Below, piece by piece: positions 24,750 through 39,384 of a stretch of 64,000 nt of DNA. How positions within the stretch are numbered: position 1 is the stretch's first letter; every line of letters begins with the position of its first letter. The translations under genes were made by a program, and so were the position numbers. Origin of the DNA: Eledone cirrhosa (lineage: Eukaryota); contig OZ024742.1 in assembly GCA_964016885.1 (NCBI GenBank), positions 156,984,001 to 157,048,000 on the forward strand, in the 5' to 3' direction. The notes under the pieces are model-generated. The model saw only the letters and a program-made list of their open reading frames with translations, had not been told where the DNA came from and did not search any database.

Positions 24750-25650
24750 TTAATCCTTTGCGCAGGGCCAATTGTTAAGCGAAATATATGATGTCCTCCT
24801 CCCATACCCAGTTTTGTGTATCGGGTAATGTGTAGAAATATTTACTATCACAGAATCGTTCACGAAGTCGCCGTATAATCATTTCTCGGTACATGATCAG
24901 CCATAACATGGTCAACCTTTCACGTGGGAGTTGACAAACAATTGATTATCTTAGTGCTTCTCTTCTCCACAGAGTGTAGACCGGGTGTTCGCGCCCGGTA
25001 AGAGATAAATTGGATCAAGGCACGACGCTCAAGAAAAAATTAGATTACGTGGTAGATGTAAGTTGTTATCACCTTTGCTCGACATTTAGGTGATAGGCTC
25101 CATTCGGCCGATTTCTTGATAAGACTGGACAACATGCTTGCCCACTCATTCTTTTTTTTTCATTTGAGATCGGGACCAATCTAGACATAGAGCAATTTAA
25201 CGTTCATCTGTCGGCTAACCCTCCACAACCCGTTATACCGGTATGGGCTGCAGGCCTATCGACATATACTGGAAAACATTTGTTACTGTCAACCCCTGGT
25301 ACTCAGTAAACATGATGCCAAACACCTCGATTTGCTTACAGTCCGGCCATTACATGGATGCCATCCACATATAAAGAGAAGGATTTTCCAGATATGTATG
25401 TGAGTGAGATGTATCTAAATGCCGGTATTTTCCTACAGTAGGTTCACTATGATTAGAGGAGGTGATAGGTAAGAGCAATAATTGGCCGAGCACAGGATAC
25501 TAAACCGCAGAGATATAGGCCGAAACCTGTCAATATGTTATCGCTAGTTTGCTCACTTTCATAGAGTCATGACTACTCCTCGGCTCGTATGTCCGGGCTT
25601 TCCTAACTCTGTTGTCATCGAGGAACAAGTATGTCATATATAAACTATAA
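24750..25650 (-). mobile_element. Very degraded L1/Tx1-like ORF2 relic
   Basis: Piecewise WSLSPKCRAKVITTYI (compare RLSLKGREEVANAYI in copy 3) and KQIEVFG. Confidence 0.3.
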
Positions 25651-25733
25651 TAAAGTAAGGAGTGCGGGACTGCGTCCAGAATATATTTGTTTATCCCGTT
25701 TGTAAAATAAGCTGGATTACTTTGAATAAATAA

Positions 25734-25851
25734 TTGTTTCTACTTTTGGCACAAGGCCAGCAAATCCACCAGTGCATTACTGGTACTTTATTTTATCGAC
25801 CCCGTAAGGATGAAAGGCAAAGTTTACCTCGGCGTGATTTGAACTCAGAAT
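25734..25851 (-). mobile_element. 5'-truncated tRNA-derived SINE
   Basis: Matches 22492-22610. Confidence 0.85.
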
Positions 25852-26783
25852 GAATATTACATAATGTATTTACTAAATCTCGTTATTCTTGATTACATAT
25901 AAATAATATTGTTGCTTATTTTAAGAATCACTTCTTTAAAATGTTCAAATGTCAACACTTCCGGTTAGCGATCGCTTAAATAAACATTCATATATTTCCG
26001 TCACTAATTTACTCCAATGCAGTTTATATATAATATTGTCTTTTTTTAATGTATCATGGATTACGTAACATATTACATAAGACAGTGTAACGCAGTCTTC
26101 TTTCCATTTCTGTATATAATGTCAATTACGATTTTATTTGATGTATCATATCTACATGCATATATACTTGCGTATAATATCAATATGCATATCACACATG
26201 CAACCATGTAGTTCTGCTGGTTTTGTTCTAGTATGCATAAAGATTATAGAGTAAAATATTTACATATGGCAATTGGTGCATCTGGTATTTCGTGTATTTC
26301 ATTTGAGTAATCGATTTGCAACTCCCCAATTCTGCTACAGTGAGTTTCATCCAACGATCCGATCCGACAATCAACCGAAATTTCTAGAAAATTGGCACAG
26401 AACAACTGCACACATTTGTTTGTGATCCTGTAGCATGGTCTTGTATTGGTAATTGTGTTTTTGTGGCCTCGTTCCTTTGTTTCTAACTAGATCAACCTCA
26501 AATATAGTTTCTTTTGTCTTCTAGTGTTGCTGCTTTTACTGGTGATTATAATTCTACTCATTTAACATAAACAAGCATACATAACATGTATTGTGACATA
26601 GTACATATTAGATGAAACCTAGACAACTACTTCTCCCTATGCTACTTTAAGAATACATTTTAATAGAAAAAATGTAATTTTGATGTAGTAATATACATTG
26701 ACGGAAGCAATTACCGAATATATCAGAATTGTTATAAAGAAATAAAAGATGCGGTTGCATTTATATGTGTGTAAATATGTATA

Positions 26784-26851
<68 letters not shown>

Positions 26852-26939
26852 ATATATCCTGATGATTTCTCACGAATAAAACAGTTCTAGTCTTGTAGAA
26901 GATTTTCCATATTAAAAAAGATATATATATATATACAAA

Positions 26940-27275
26940 AGCATGCAGACACCCAGAGACATGCCCACAAGTAGTGCAACACTCGAGCGGTGATATGTCA
27001 AGCGGAATTACATCTACCAACCAGCACCACCAATCTGAAGATTGGACCTATGCCGGAATGTCCGAAAGCCGGCTCAAAAAAGGCGGTACCTGAATCACGA
27101 ACCAATCTTCAGACATCATGTCAAAATGAAGCCACCCAGCTCGCAAACTACGTGCGAATTCTTAAAAGTAATATCACACAATTTACGATGAAATGAAATA
27201 TATTGTAAATGTTACCCTCTATATTAATGGGACGAAATGTTGCCGTCTATGTAACACAGAAAATTAGGATCTACT
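26940..27275 (+). pseudogene. PLE GIY-YIG endonuclease relic
   Basis: Piecewise CRHPETCP..VICQAEL..WTYAGMSE..RYLNH..ATQLANYV.ILK..FTMK*NIL..YINGTKCCRLCNTE. Confidence 0.6.
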
Positions 27276-28175
27276 CTTGCACCTCTCTTCTGACTTTCTC
27301 TGCTTAACTACGCGCATTGGCTGCTTTAGTGGTTGTCCATGGCAAGCTAAATTCATCCTGACCACACTAACTGATTTTAATTTCAAGGAATTCAATTTTA
27401 TTGAACTATCAACTTTGCACAACCCCTGTGTTGTTAATTTTTATAGTTACGTCCCTTTCCACTATCCAAATGATTTGTTAATTTATAGCTAACCCCAAAA
27501 TTACCTTTCTATGAAGAGCTCTCACGTATATTCTAAAAAATTAAAACCAACCAGTGAAGGCAGTCATTTTTATTTTATACAACATGGTGAATGAACTAGG
27601 TGTATAACACAAAGAAACTTATAAATATATATATATATATTGATTGATTGGTGACGCTCGTTTCATTCGAGATTGCGTCACTCTACCTTGAATACCGTGT
27701 GTGTCTCTGATCAAATCATCGGAATATGTTTAGATAGACACTTTTAAATAAATATTAATATTTCTGAAAACTGTATTGCGATATTGCAAGTCTGATAGAA
27801 TATTATTGCTTATATAATGTAATATATAGGCAGCAGGCTAATAGGAAATTTGTTTCAGTCGCTTAAGAAAAGCGGCAGTAATATTATATAACCAGAGCAA
27901 CTTAGAACAAGCATAATGGAAAGCAAATACAATATAATGAACATTGAAAATTGGAAAGTTATGTGACAAAAATCTCTCATTATATAGAATTTCAAAGGTT
28001 GTCAATTATGTGCATGTTTTTTTTATTATTTCAGTTGCGATAACGTAACTATTTACTAATTACTAGAGCCAAATTTTATGAACCTTAACAATTCGATAAA
28101 TAACTAGATCGTAATTTAGTCAGAAATCCTTAATTGAATCATTAACGTTTATGGCGGAACAGCTTGGAGCATGTT

Positions 28176-28215
<40 letters not shown>

Positions 28216-28267
28216 TGTATATAATACAAGGACGATTTGTTAAGCCTTCATTATATTTCTGATTGTT

Positions 28268-28458
28268 GACGCTCGCTCCGCAATTGGTCAGCTCGACTTC
28301 GGTCTGTATCGATCTGGCCCAACATTGGAATCAAAAGCTCGTCGCACTTGTGTTGTAGTAATGTCATTACAGCAACAGAGGTCCGACGAGCTTTTGAGTC
28401 CAGCGTCGGCCCTAATCGATACAGATCGAACCTTGAATTGATCAATAGCGAAACGTGC
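28268..28458. mobile_element. Palindromic element with a hammerhead-like motif on each arm (same family as 35877-36191)
   Basis: Arms centred on gtaatg-t-cattac (~28364); right arm gaggt CCGACGA gcttttga...tcaatagc GAAA cgtgc. Confidence 0.65.
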
Positions 28459-28581
28459 AAAATGCAACTGGAATCTTTTTTTTAAAACAATATATATTTA
28501 TTTGGTTCCTTTACTGGTTTCGCAGTTCTTCTGCTTTTCAAAAGTAGAATTGAGATGGAGGGTTTGTGCTTTTTCTCACAT
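28459..28581 (-). mobile_element. 3'-end fragment of the PLE family at 40.1-44.4 kb, with U3-A8 hammerhead at 28509-28544
   Basis: rc matches 44269-44390; ctt TTGAAAA gcag aagaa ctgc GAAA ccag TA aag. Confidence 0.75.
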
Positions 28582-28924
28582 ATATATATGTATATATATT
28601 GTTATACTTGGGGATGGTCATATTGTTGTAATAATATTGCCAGAAATAATAACAGAACACACTCACTGTTTGGTTGGTTTTCGCTTCTGTATCTTTTATA
28701 TCTCCATAGTTAATTCACTTGGTCCTCGGTGTTTATCACTGACTGACCAACGGTCAAAAATACAGATATAAATACATAAAATACTTAGGTTAATAGGAGT
28801 TAGGTATTGTATACCCGTGTCCCATTAAGGTATTGGCAGCATAATAAGTAGCTCTATGCTTTGGAGCAGAGCCGTATATATGATAAATAACACAAGAGCG
28901 TCTACAACATCAACAGATTTTTAT

Positions 28925-28973
28925 TGGCTTACAATGTTTCTTCCTTACGTAACCGTAGGATTCGTCAGAGCTA
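28925..28973 (-). ncRNA. Minimal type-I hammerhead ribozyme with intact core
   Basis: tagct CTGACGA a tcctacg gtta cgtaagga a GAAA cattg TA agcca, immediately followed by AATAAA. Confidence 0.65.
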
Positions 28974-29847
28974 TAAAAGGGGTTTGATTGGTGTTATGGA
29001 CTCTACCAACCAAACATTCAAGAACAAAGAGTAAAGAGAGTAAAGAGCAAAGGCAGGGGACGATAAGTCTAATTTTGGTGCGGGAGGGTGGGGTGTGGGT
29101 CCTTGTTTACTAGCTGTGGTCATATTCATTCCCGGGACTCGAGTGGTTAGTTGAGCCATAGATGGGGTGGCGTCGATAGTAGGGTGCAGAGGGTGTGCAG
29201 AGGCTACACACATACAAAGGGCATACAATATATATATAACGGAGGAGAAAGTACATGAGGTAATTAGAAATGGAAAAAGAGTAATAATAATAATCTATAA
29301 TTAATAATGTATAATAAGGCATGGGGAAGATTACACTATAATAAGGTATAAAAGCAAGAATAAGGTAAAATATAAAGGGGGATAAAAGTGAAAATAAGAA
29401 TAAAGATTTAAAAAAATATATATAAAATAAATATATAGAGAATATATAAAGAAATATAAGCAAGTATTAGAAAGGGAAAAACACAATGTAAAAAAAGCGA
29501 TTTTTTCAAATAAAAATATTATAAATATAGGGGGGGGGGAACGGGATAGAGAAATATAATCAAATGTGGTTAGTTGAGAGAACATAAGATGATAATAGTT
29601 ATGTCAAGTTTATACATCTTAATAATAAGTAATCTGTATATCAGAGTTACACATCCTTCAATTCACTTGCAGGTTCAACCCACGTGGCATAGTCCATTGT
29701 TCATCTGTGCGGTCATGTGCGTTTGTTTTTGACACCACAGCAGATGCACAAGTTCGTAAATTCCAATGCAGATAGATAAAATATATATATTCTAACAAAG
29801 AGTGAAGAATAATCTGATCGGCTGTACAGAAAAGGTTTTATTTACAG

Positions 29848-29955
29848 TATTAACAATTGTTTCATTGGTCAGGTGAGTCTAATTGCCGCTGATCACACAA
29901 GATTGCGTCACTCGACTTTAAATACAGTGTTGTATCTGATCGAATTTTCGCAATA
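29848..29955 (-). ncRNA. Degenerate long-loop-II hammerhead (related copy at 27649-27728)
   Basis: tatt GCGAAAA ttcgatcag...ctgaccaat GAAA caattg TT aata; the related copy has core CCGATGA. Confidence 0.3.
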
Positions 29956-30043
29956 TGTACTATCCCGAGTGCTGGGTACTCAACCTCTAACTGGATTACC
30001 TAAAACGATAACTTATCATCTCATATATATATATATATATATA

Positions 30044-30151
30044 TACAATATTAAATAAATGGAAACTATATTTATAAAAACATATTTATTTCATTATATA
30101 ATGAAATAAATATGGTTTTATAAATATAGTTTCCATTTATTTAATATTGTA
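30044..30151. repeat. AT-rich palindrome, 54-bp arms, no spacer, one mismatch
   Basis: Centre 30097|30098 tcattat|ataatga. Confidence 0.9.
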
Positions 30152-30236
30152 AATATACTCCAAATATTTGTCGAGTGCTTTTATATCAGTTATAAATATT
30201 TACTAGTTGTAACCCAACAATTTTAAATATAACTTT

Positions 30237-30336
<100 letters not shown>

Positions 30337-30449
30337 ATACACTCACACACACACACAATTATATATATATAGAGAGAGAGGGCTGATACAGAGATGAACA
30401 TTATTTCTCACAAGGTGCCAATAATCAGTAAACTATAGAAACGTATTGT

Positions 30450-32300
30450 TTTTTTCTTCTCGACCGGAATACCACTCGCTAGAGAAATCCATCAACAATC
30501 TGACTATGCATCATTTTATTTGTACACAATGAATCTAGTAGAGATTTATAGAAATTAGTGTTTCATGTTAGTTTGGTTTCTTTCTACCATGTCGAGTGAC
30601 CTTTATTATGTTTCATTCTTAGTTCGTAACTATCAAGATTTGTCAAGAATTTTGACACGTTAGTTTAGTTCGTTTGAATAATTACAAATCACATCTTCCT
30701 CGAAATTGTTTCCCTTTCATACAACAATCTAATGTGTCATTATAAATGCTTTCGCAACCACTTTCATTGCTTTAATTAACTTTCACACTTGTCTTTCAGC
30801 TTCAGTCATTCTTCTGCCGACACAACCAATCCCACTTTGAACGTGTTTCTGTTGTCAAAGACTAGATGTTCTCTCATTCTCATTTCTTTTCATTTATTTT
30901 GTAAATGACTTTCCCTGTGGTGCCTGTTTGTGCCATGAATTCATATCTGCTTTTGTTGAATCATTGTCGATGTATCAGTGGTTGAATTACGTGTTCGTGT
31001 TTCAATAATTTCTGTGCAGTTTTGCTATCGCATGTTGTTTGATTTTATATTTTCCTCAATATTCTCCAGCGATACCCTTTCCTTGCTCAACATATTGATT
31101 AATATATTTAGGCATAACATTTATACAGTCAAAGTCCACCATATTTTATATTTTACATACTGTCAGCCAATGAAAAGATTCACCCTGATATTATGTATAG
31201 CATCAGAAATGTACTGCTCACATTTCTTAGCAGACTGTGTATTGTAAGATTATTCCATTGTGTTATCTTTCAAAGGGGGTGTCGTGGATCGAAATTATTT
31301 CAAAATCTTTAGTCTTTGTTTACGAGATAACTTTGCAGACTTATGTAATTATACAGCTCGATCCATATATACTTTCTTTAAATGTGAAATAAACAGATTC
31401 CATAGGTCAGAAATGTTTTGATAATACGGCGTGAGGAGAAATTATTCTTTTTCTGTTACTATTGGAACCTTCAAGTTCAATATAAATTTCCTCGTCGTTA
31501 ACCACCTATGTCTACTGGTAATGTTCCACTCGGCTGCATTAATTCATTTAATTGTTTCTACTGTTGGCACAAGGCCAGTAATTACCCAGTGCATTACTGG
31601 CACTTTATGTTATCGACCCCGTAAGGATGAAAGGCAAAGTTAACCTCGGCGGGATTTGAACTCAGTTCATAAAAGGACGTAACTGTCCTGCAAAGCATGG
31701 GGTCCGACCTTCTACCGATGTCCATGAGATAGATATAGTTCAGATTCCTTAGATGATAAGTATACTGTCTTTCCTCAATACCTCAAAAGTTCATATGTTA
31801 TTTAACGTTTGTCTGTACTCCAGAATAAGTTTCCAGGTATATATGTAATTATTTATTGATGGGGATATTTTCTGTCATATTACTTTGCTTCTTTGATCTT
31901 TCTCTTTTTAAAACACAAATACAGAGGAGTTCTAATCTTGCAGTTGAAAGCTTTGCATCTTTTGACGATATTCCTATCCAATCTTTAGATCTCACATGTT
32001 ATCCAATGTATGATGGTTGTTAGAACAATACATAAATTACATCGGTATTCATTGCTTTTGTTTTCATGTTTGAAAATTGCTTCACACGTAGCGCACGTGT
32101 TATCGATTTTTTTATCTGTCTTTTATTAGGTTCAGTTCCTGAAAGGTTCCTGGTAGCATAATCTTTAATTCCCACGCATTCCTTTGTGGTTATGTCAATT
32201 ACATTAGTCATTTTGCAATCTATCTATGGTTTCAGGAAATTTTGTTATCGTATTGTTTTAATATATTTTTATTAATTACATATTAATGAGTATAATGTTC
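30450..32300 (-). mobile_element. Highly degraded R4/Dong-like LINE relic (contains a SINE)
   Basis: Piecewise ITKFPET, SITRA (RPITC-like), MNSWHKQAPQGK (compare KKWQEKPLYGK), SKWDWL. Confidence 0.3.
31552..31719 (-). mobile_element. Near full-length tRNA-derived SINE
   Basis: Matches 22492-22660. Confidence 0.85.
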
Positions 32301-33011
32301 ATCCTATTCCATTAAATGGAATTTGATATACAGTATTCAAAAATTCTAAAGGCAGGAATATATATTGTGTGAAATTCATGAGGCTTAATAAACATTATTA
32401 TGTAACATGTTTATTTCAAATGTGTTAGATTTGATTCAGTGTATGTGTATATTCATAATTTCATAAGTTCTATGATCCATTATTAGATAAACGTTTTTTT
32501 ATTTTATTAATTCAAATTTTCGTTTGCGTAGGTGAATATGAAGCCCCTTCTCCCAATGCAAAATGAGAATATTTATGAAAGCATAGTTGGAATTGTATCT
32601 ACAATGCAAGGGCATCTACCGTTAGAGCATATAAACAAAACAGAAATTATAACAAACAGTTGTTATATTCTAGCAATAAATTGTTCCCAAAAATCATAGC
32701 CAGATTATGGATTAACTTTAGAAATATAAATTCTGGATGTATCAATGGATGGAAGAATGTTTGAAACAACACATTAACGATAAAAGAGATACACGTAGGA
32801 TACTTAATAGAGTATAAATGAAGTAATGTCCTATTTCTTAGTTACATACATTCATACATACATACATTCATACAAACACACATGCATACATACATACACA
32901 CATGCATGCATACATGCATACATACATTTATACATACATTTATAGATACATATGAGCATGCATACCAGCATTCAGACCTACGAACATACATACATAGATG
33001 CATAAACATAC

Positions 33012-34153
33012 GTACTGGCTCAAACGAGGACAAAAATACGAACTTCTTTGTGGATGACCTGAAACTCTATGCCAAGAACATAAATGGGATGAAGAAACAT
33101 CTTGAACTGGAGTTTGGCCAAGATAAATGTTCATATATAACTGTAAAGAGGGGAAAAACTAAAACCCAATCTTGCAACATTTTTTATCAATAGCCTAACT
33201 ATTTCACCGATATCTGACAGATAACTGTGGATAGATGAGAATATATCCTATAACTGTATTTGCAACAAGGAATGCGTAACCAGGGAATAGTTCACCCGAT
33301 TAAGAAGAATATTTTCAGCGGAACTCTCTACGCACAATAAAACAGTTGTTCACAATGGGTTTACTGTGCCTGTCAGAACAACAACGTTTTGGAATACTCG
33401 ATTGGTCGATAGACGAAATTTCGAGCAATCGATGATAAAACTCGAAAAATTATGAACAACACCAGAAACTTCCACATCAACAGTGACATAGACCGCCTCT
33501 AATTGAAACGTAAGCAAGGAGGCAGAGGCCTAACATAGGTTTAGAAGGCATTTGAGTGTCCCATCATACCCCTCCGACAACATTTACGAACCTCGAAGCG
33601 TAGGAGCCCATCTGTTGAGCAAGTATGTCTTCATAGGACAGATAAGATCATGAGATTGGGAAGGAGCTCCTTGAAAGATACTCCATGCATGATAATCAAA
33701 AACTCACACCAAGGAAACTTTCCCAGCAGTACCGCAGAAAAAACTACATGCTCATCAGCAAAAGATTATGCATCGATATGTTGCCAGGAATCTGCAGAGT
33801 GAGAGTAATATAGATAAGCAAAGTAGTCTATTTTCAACCAACAACCGAAAATCTTGAGAAGGTGGGCTTCACAGAAAAAGAAGGAATACGACTAGTTAGG
33901 AGATTACAATCCATTAATTGAACAGTAAATCTATGTAAAACATTCCCAAAACTCTGCATCTAATAACTGCATGTTCACATGTACAGATGCAAAGCTTGTG
34001 CACATGCACATATATAACTCAAACCATGCACATCCAGACATACAATAACATCCACACATGCAAAGATATGCATACATATCTACCTAATTGATGTTGTGTC
34101 TAAATTAGAAACCGACTCCCTCTCTATTGGTAACATTTTTTAAATTATAAAAG
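33012..34153 (+). mobile_element. Degraded R4/Dong-like LINE 3' half flanked by (CATA)n
   Basis: FFVDDLKLYAKN..LEFGQDKC; FHINSDIDRL*LKRKQGGRGL; (CATA)n at 32843-33010 and 34156-34207. Confidence 0.65.
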
Positions 34154-34213
34154 AACATACACACACATACATACATACATACACACACAAACATACATAC
34201 ATACATAAATATA

Positions 34214-34249
<36 letters not shown>

Positions 34250-34250
<1 letters not shown>

Positions 34251-34570
34251 TGGTGGAATCTTCAAATAACGAAAATAATAATTGATCAAATCACATTCAA
34301 CCACATATCTTTGTTTGGCATCACCCATTAAATCATGCTCGCGTGTAGAAATCAACTGCCACTATCGATGTCAATGGAGTATGAAATTGCAAGGGAAAGA
34401 TGACACCAATGGGTAAATGAAGAGGAATTTGGAGCTCCACAACCCAACATACATGTCCAATTTCATATCTATTAATATTGGAGCTAGACATTATATAGCA
34501 ACCTACCTGAGCCAAAATATAGATTTGTTGAGATGGAATGTAATTCCTTAGATCAGACGCTTCCAATAGC
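34250..34570 (-). mobile_element. Possible Ty3/gypsy aspartic-protease-region relic
   Basis: SIVAVDF/REHDLMGDAKQR resembles the IIGADFL.H.DLLVD.K.R motif; catalytic DTG not seen. Confidence 0.25.
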
Positions 34571-35449
34571 AGTGATATCTTAAACCTCCAAAATATGTGA
34601 AATATTACGCTTCAAATGATGCTCGCTTATATAAAGGACGACGACAATTTTCTTTTTTTTTTTATAAAATAAAAAAAGTATAACATACATACGGAGATAC
34701 ATACTTATGCATATTAGCAAAACATTGTGATCTTGTTCCCCTCCATGGTTCAGATTTACGGCTGTTTTTCTTTCATGGGTTATCTTCGAATATCTCTGTT
34801 CCGAGTGTTTAAATTTACACACCTGACTACATATGGGTCCTTCGAACGTCAACATATGGCTTGTCTCACCGAAAGTAGGATAGTTTCAATTACGTCTGAC
34901 AAATATATATTGATTTCATAATCGTACGAGTAGTGGCGCTGTAAAATTTGTTCTGTCTATTGACTATCTATTGACATAATAATTTATTGTACCTTTCATA
35001 AAAATTAATTATAAATTATTGAATTTATTACACATAATATGATGAACGATTTTAGTATAATTTACAAAACCTTCCTATCAAGAAATGCGTTGTGTAATGT
35101 TTAGGAACTTACATTATCAAACGGCAGTTGAGGATTTTACATGTTTTACCCTAAATAAAAGAATAAATACATATTTTTCAGTTTCTTTCTATTCACTCAC
35201 TATATTTTTCTCTTTTTTCCTATATGTCTTATTGTAACTTCTCATGATTGACTAGTCTCCGAAAATTAAAGACACTGTTCCTGCTCCTCTACCTTACCCT
35301 AAACAGAAAATGTATACTGTTTTAAAACAAACATTATGTCATTCATTGCATCATATTATATTCTAGGTTCTCCCACTCAGCAGCCTATAGCTTACTCATC
35401 TTACTTTGTCTCGAAAGGCAGTTATTAGAAAATAGAAAAGTAGGGAAAA

Positions 35450-35485
35450 TCTTAAGGTTTCGGACGTTAATTCTTCATCAGAAAA
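35450..35485 (-). ncRNA. Degenerate minimal hammerhead
   Basis: tttt CTGATGA agaattaacgtcc GAAA cc TT aaga; weak stems II and III. Confidence 0.4.
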
Positions 35486-35876
35486 TATATGTTGAAATTT
35501 AAGAAGAAATAGAAAGAGAGGGAGTAGTTGCGGAAACAAAAAAGAATCTTCGAGAAAAAGCAGAACTATTCATTTCGCTCTGCATAGAAGCATTTATGGT
35601 GGAGGAAGTTTAGTTCGACATCGTTCAAAAGTATGTGATCAATGACACCGTATAACGTGGTAAACGCGTAAAATAATTTCGTATTTAGAGTGTGTAAGTT
35701 TGGAAATATGTACCTGTTTGTTTTATGTGTGCGTGTGTGTGAAAATAAACCTTTTTTTTTGTTTAACTTTTGGCCCGTACAGTGAGTGTTAGTGTAGAGG
35801 TATACGCCTAAGTTATTTTGGTCAGAATTAAGCTATGAGGATAAGTATTTCTAAACATTATATATAAATACATATA

Positions 35877-36191
35877 TACTAATAATAATATAAAGGACTT
35901 AGCGTTAGATCTTCATTACAGTTTTTGAGGCGGGACGCGTGTTTCGCGATTGATCAGCTCAAGGCCGGTTTACTATCAACCTGGTCCGATTCTGGAATCA
36001 AAAGCTCGTCGGACCTCTGTTATGGTAATGATTCTTTTGTCATTACTATAACAGAAGTCAGACGATCTTTTGATTCCAGATTCGGACCAGATCGAAACAG
36101 ATCGAGCCTTCAGCTGATCAATCACGAAATGCGCGTCCCAGCTCCATAAATTTAATGAAGTTCTAACGCTTCAACCTCTCTATTATTAGTA
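35877..36191. mobile_element. ~315-bp palindromic element, hammerhead-like motif on each arm
   Basis: Arms 35877-36031 and 36040-36191; left (rc) gaggt CCGACGA gcttttgattccag...ctgatcaatcgc GAAA cacgcg TC ccgcctc; right CAGACGA...GAAA tgcgcg TC. Confidence 0.75.
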
Positions 36192-36380
36192 GTATCAGAC
36201 TGGGGTTAGTACAACATCAATGTATCTACTGGAAACTACACATCGAGAGCACACCCAGGTGAACCTACAGTAACTGGATAATTCAATCCCTGGATGTTTC
36301 AATCACTAAATATGCATATAAATCGAAATTGTACCTGCAATATGGCAGATACCAATCGAATTGTTTGAGGCGGTGACATA

Positions 36381-37224
<844 letters not shown>

Positions 37225-37262
37225 CCCACTCTTTCTCTATTTCTCTCTCTCTCTCGCTCTCT

Positions 37263-37329
<67 letters not shown>

Positions 37330-38494
37330 AATATATAAAGATAGAGGGGGGATAGGTACCTAGATAGATAGAAAGATGTAAGCGCAACAGTGAACGCTCT
37401 TTTACTCTGAAATAGAAGTACGATGCTTTGACGTGTATGTTCTGCCCGTTCTTTCCAATCGCATGCTTTAATATAATTTATTTCTTCAATGCATTTACAT
37501 TGAAACAGTTACTCTAAGTAATACTGACACATATGTAGACCGATGCACGTCTAAATACAAATACATTGCTAAGAACTGAATTTCACTTGTTGATACTTCA
37601 GTAAGCACGCTCTTCATTCTATTATTACATAATATACGTCACACCTAATGCATCATAGATACATGAAAACAGTTCTTACGAATTCCATTGCATTGCTCGT
37701 TAAATTCAATGTAATGTTACTTGCCTGCATCATTTATGCTTTTTCATTTTAGTTCATATGGTAATTAATTTCCTGTTATACGCATGTTTAATTCTTTTCC
37801 ATTTTTCATTTAATACTTAATTATAAATACAGTTTGCGTTGAGGAAAGCTGTATTTTTTTGTGTTTCCTTGATCTTTGTTTATTTTTCCGCAGATTGAAG
37901 CGTGTTTTTCTCCGGGATAGAATTGCACTTTAATTATCCTACTCGAATAATTCTATATTGGTCGTGTTAAACTGCGTTTGTTGTTTAATGTCTTCATGTG
38001 ATAAAATCGCTTATACGGTTTGAGGATATAAAATAGTTTTATGATACAGAATCTAGACTACATTGAACGGTGAAATAAATATAGATCAGCATTCATATTT
38101 GAACTATTATGGAGTAAATTGAAATGCGTAACTGTTTACAACATACTGAGAAAGGTAGTTTTATCATGTTTTAGTATTCTGCAACAAAAGTGCTTAGAGC
38201 AATAGAATGGGTACCAACATTCCGTTTTCAATTACTTTTTTTAATTATTATATAACGTATCCGTATTTTTGAACATGCTATAATTGCTTTACCGGCCGTA
38301 ACTAAACTAATGAAGTTTTCTCAATCAAAAGGCGTGATTTTTTATTAATTAAGGTTTAGTATAGACTACATTAGTCAAGAAACAAACCTCATGTTGAACA
38401 CATTATTTAGGGAAACTGTTTTCTCTGGCACTTGCATGAATCATTATCAACTCAACTATGTGTTTGATTTAAAAAGAAATTAACATATCTAATG

Positions 38495-38542
38495 TTTGTT
38501 TCTACTTTAGGCACAAGGCCACCAATTACCCCAGTGCATTAC
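38495..38542 (-). mobile_element. SINE 3' fragment followed by ~570-bp (TA)n
   Basis: tgtttctactttaggcacaaggccaccaattaccccagtgcattac. Confidence 0.75.
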
Positions 38543-38555
38543 ACACACACAAACA

Positions 38556-38586
<31 letters not shown>

Positions 38587-38588
38587 TG

Positions 38589-38738
<150 letters not shown>

Positions 38739-38762
38739 TATATACATATATATATACATATA

Positions 38763-38824
<62 letters not shown>

Positions 38825-38831
38825 TATATAC

Positions 38832-39124
<293 letters not shown>

Positions 39125-39331
39125 ACAGCTGTGGCACCACATTCATATGATTAGTGCAATTAAAGTGCAAAAAAGGTAATGAAATATCTATAAATGACAA
39201 ACAAACCATTTTTCAATATATATCTATAGAGAGGTCATGTAATAGTAACACATACGTACAAACGCATATGTACATACACATTTACACACTATATATATGT
39301 ATATATATATACATATATATACTTGCATGTA

Positions 39332-39384
<53 letters not shown>

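Noticed and set aside
27030-27080. Hammerhead-like string CTGAAGA tt ggac..gtcc GAAA gccggc TC
   Set aside because: No stem I, two extra bases before stem II, and it lies in the GIY-YIG coding relic (WTYAGMSESR); probably chance.
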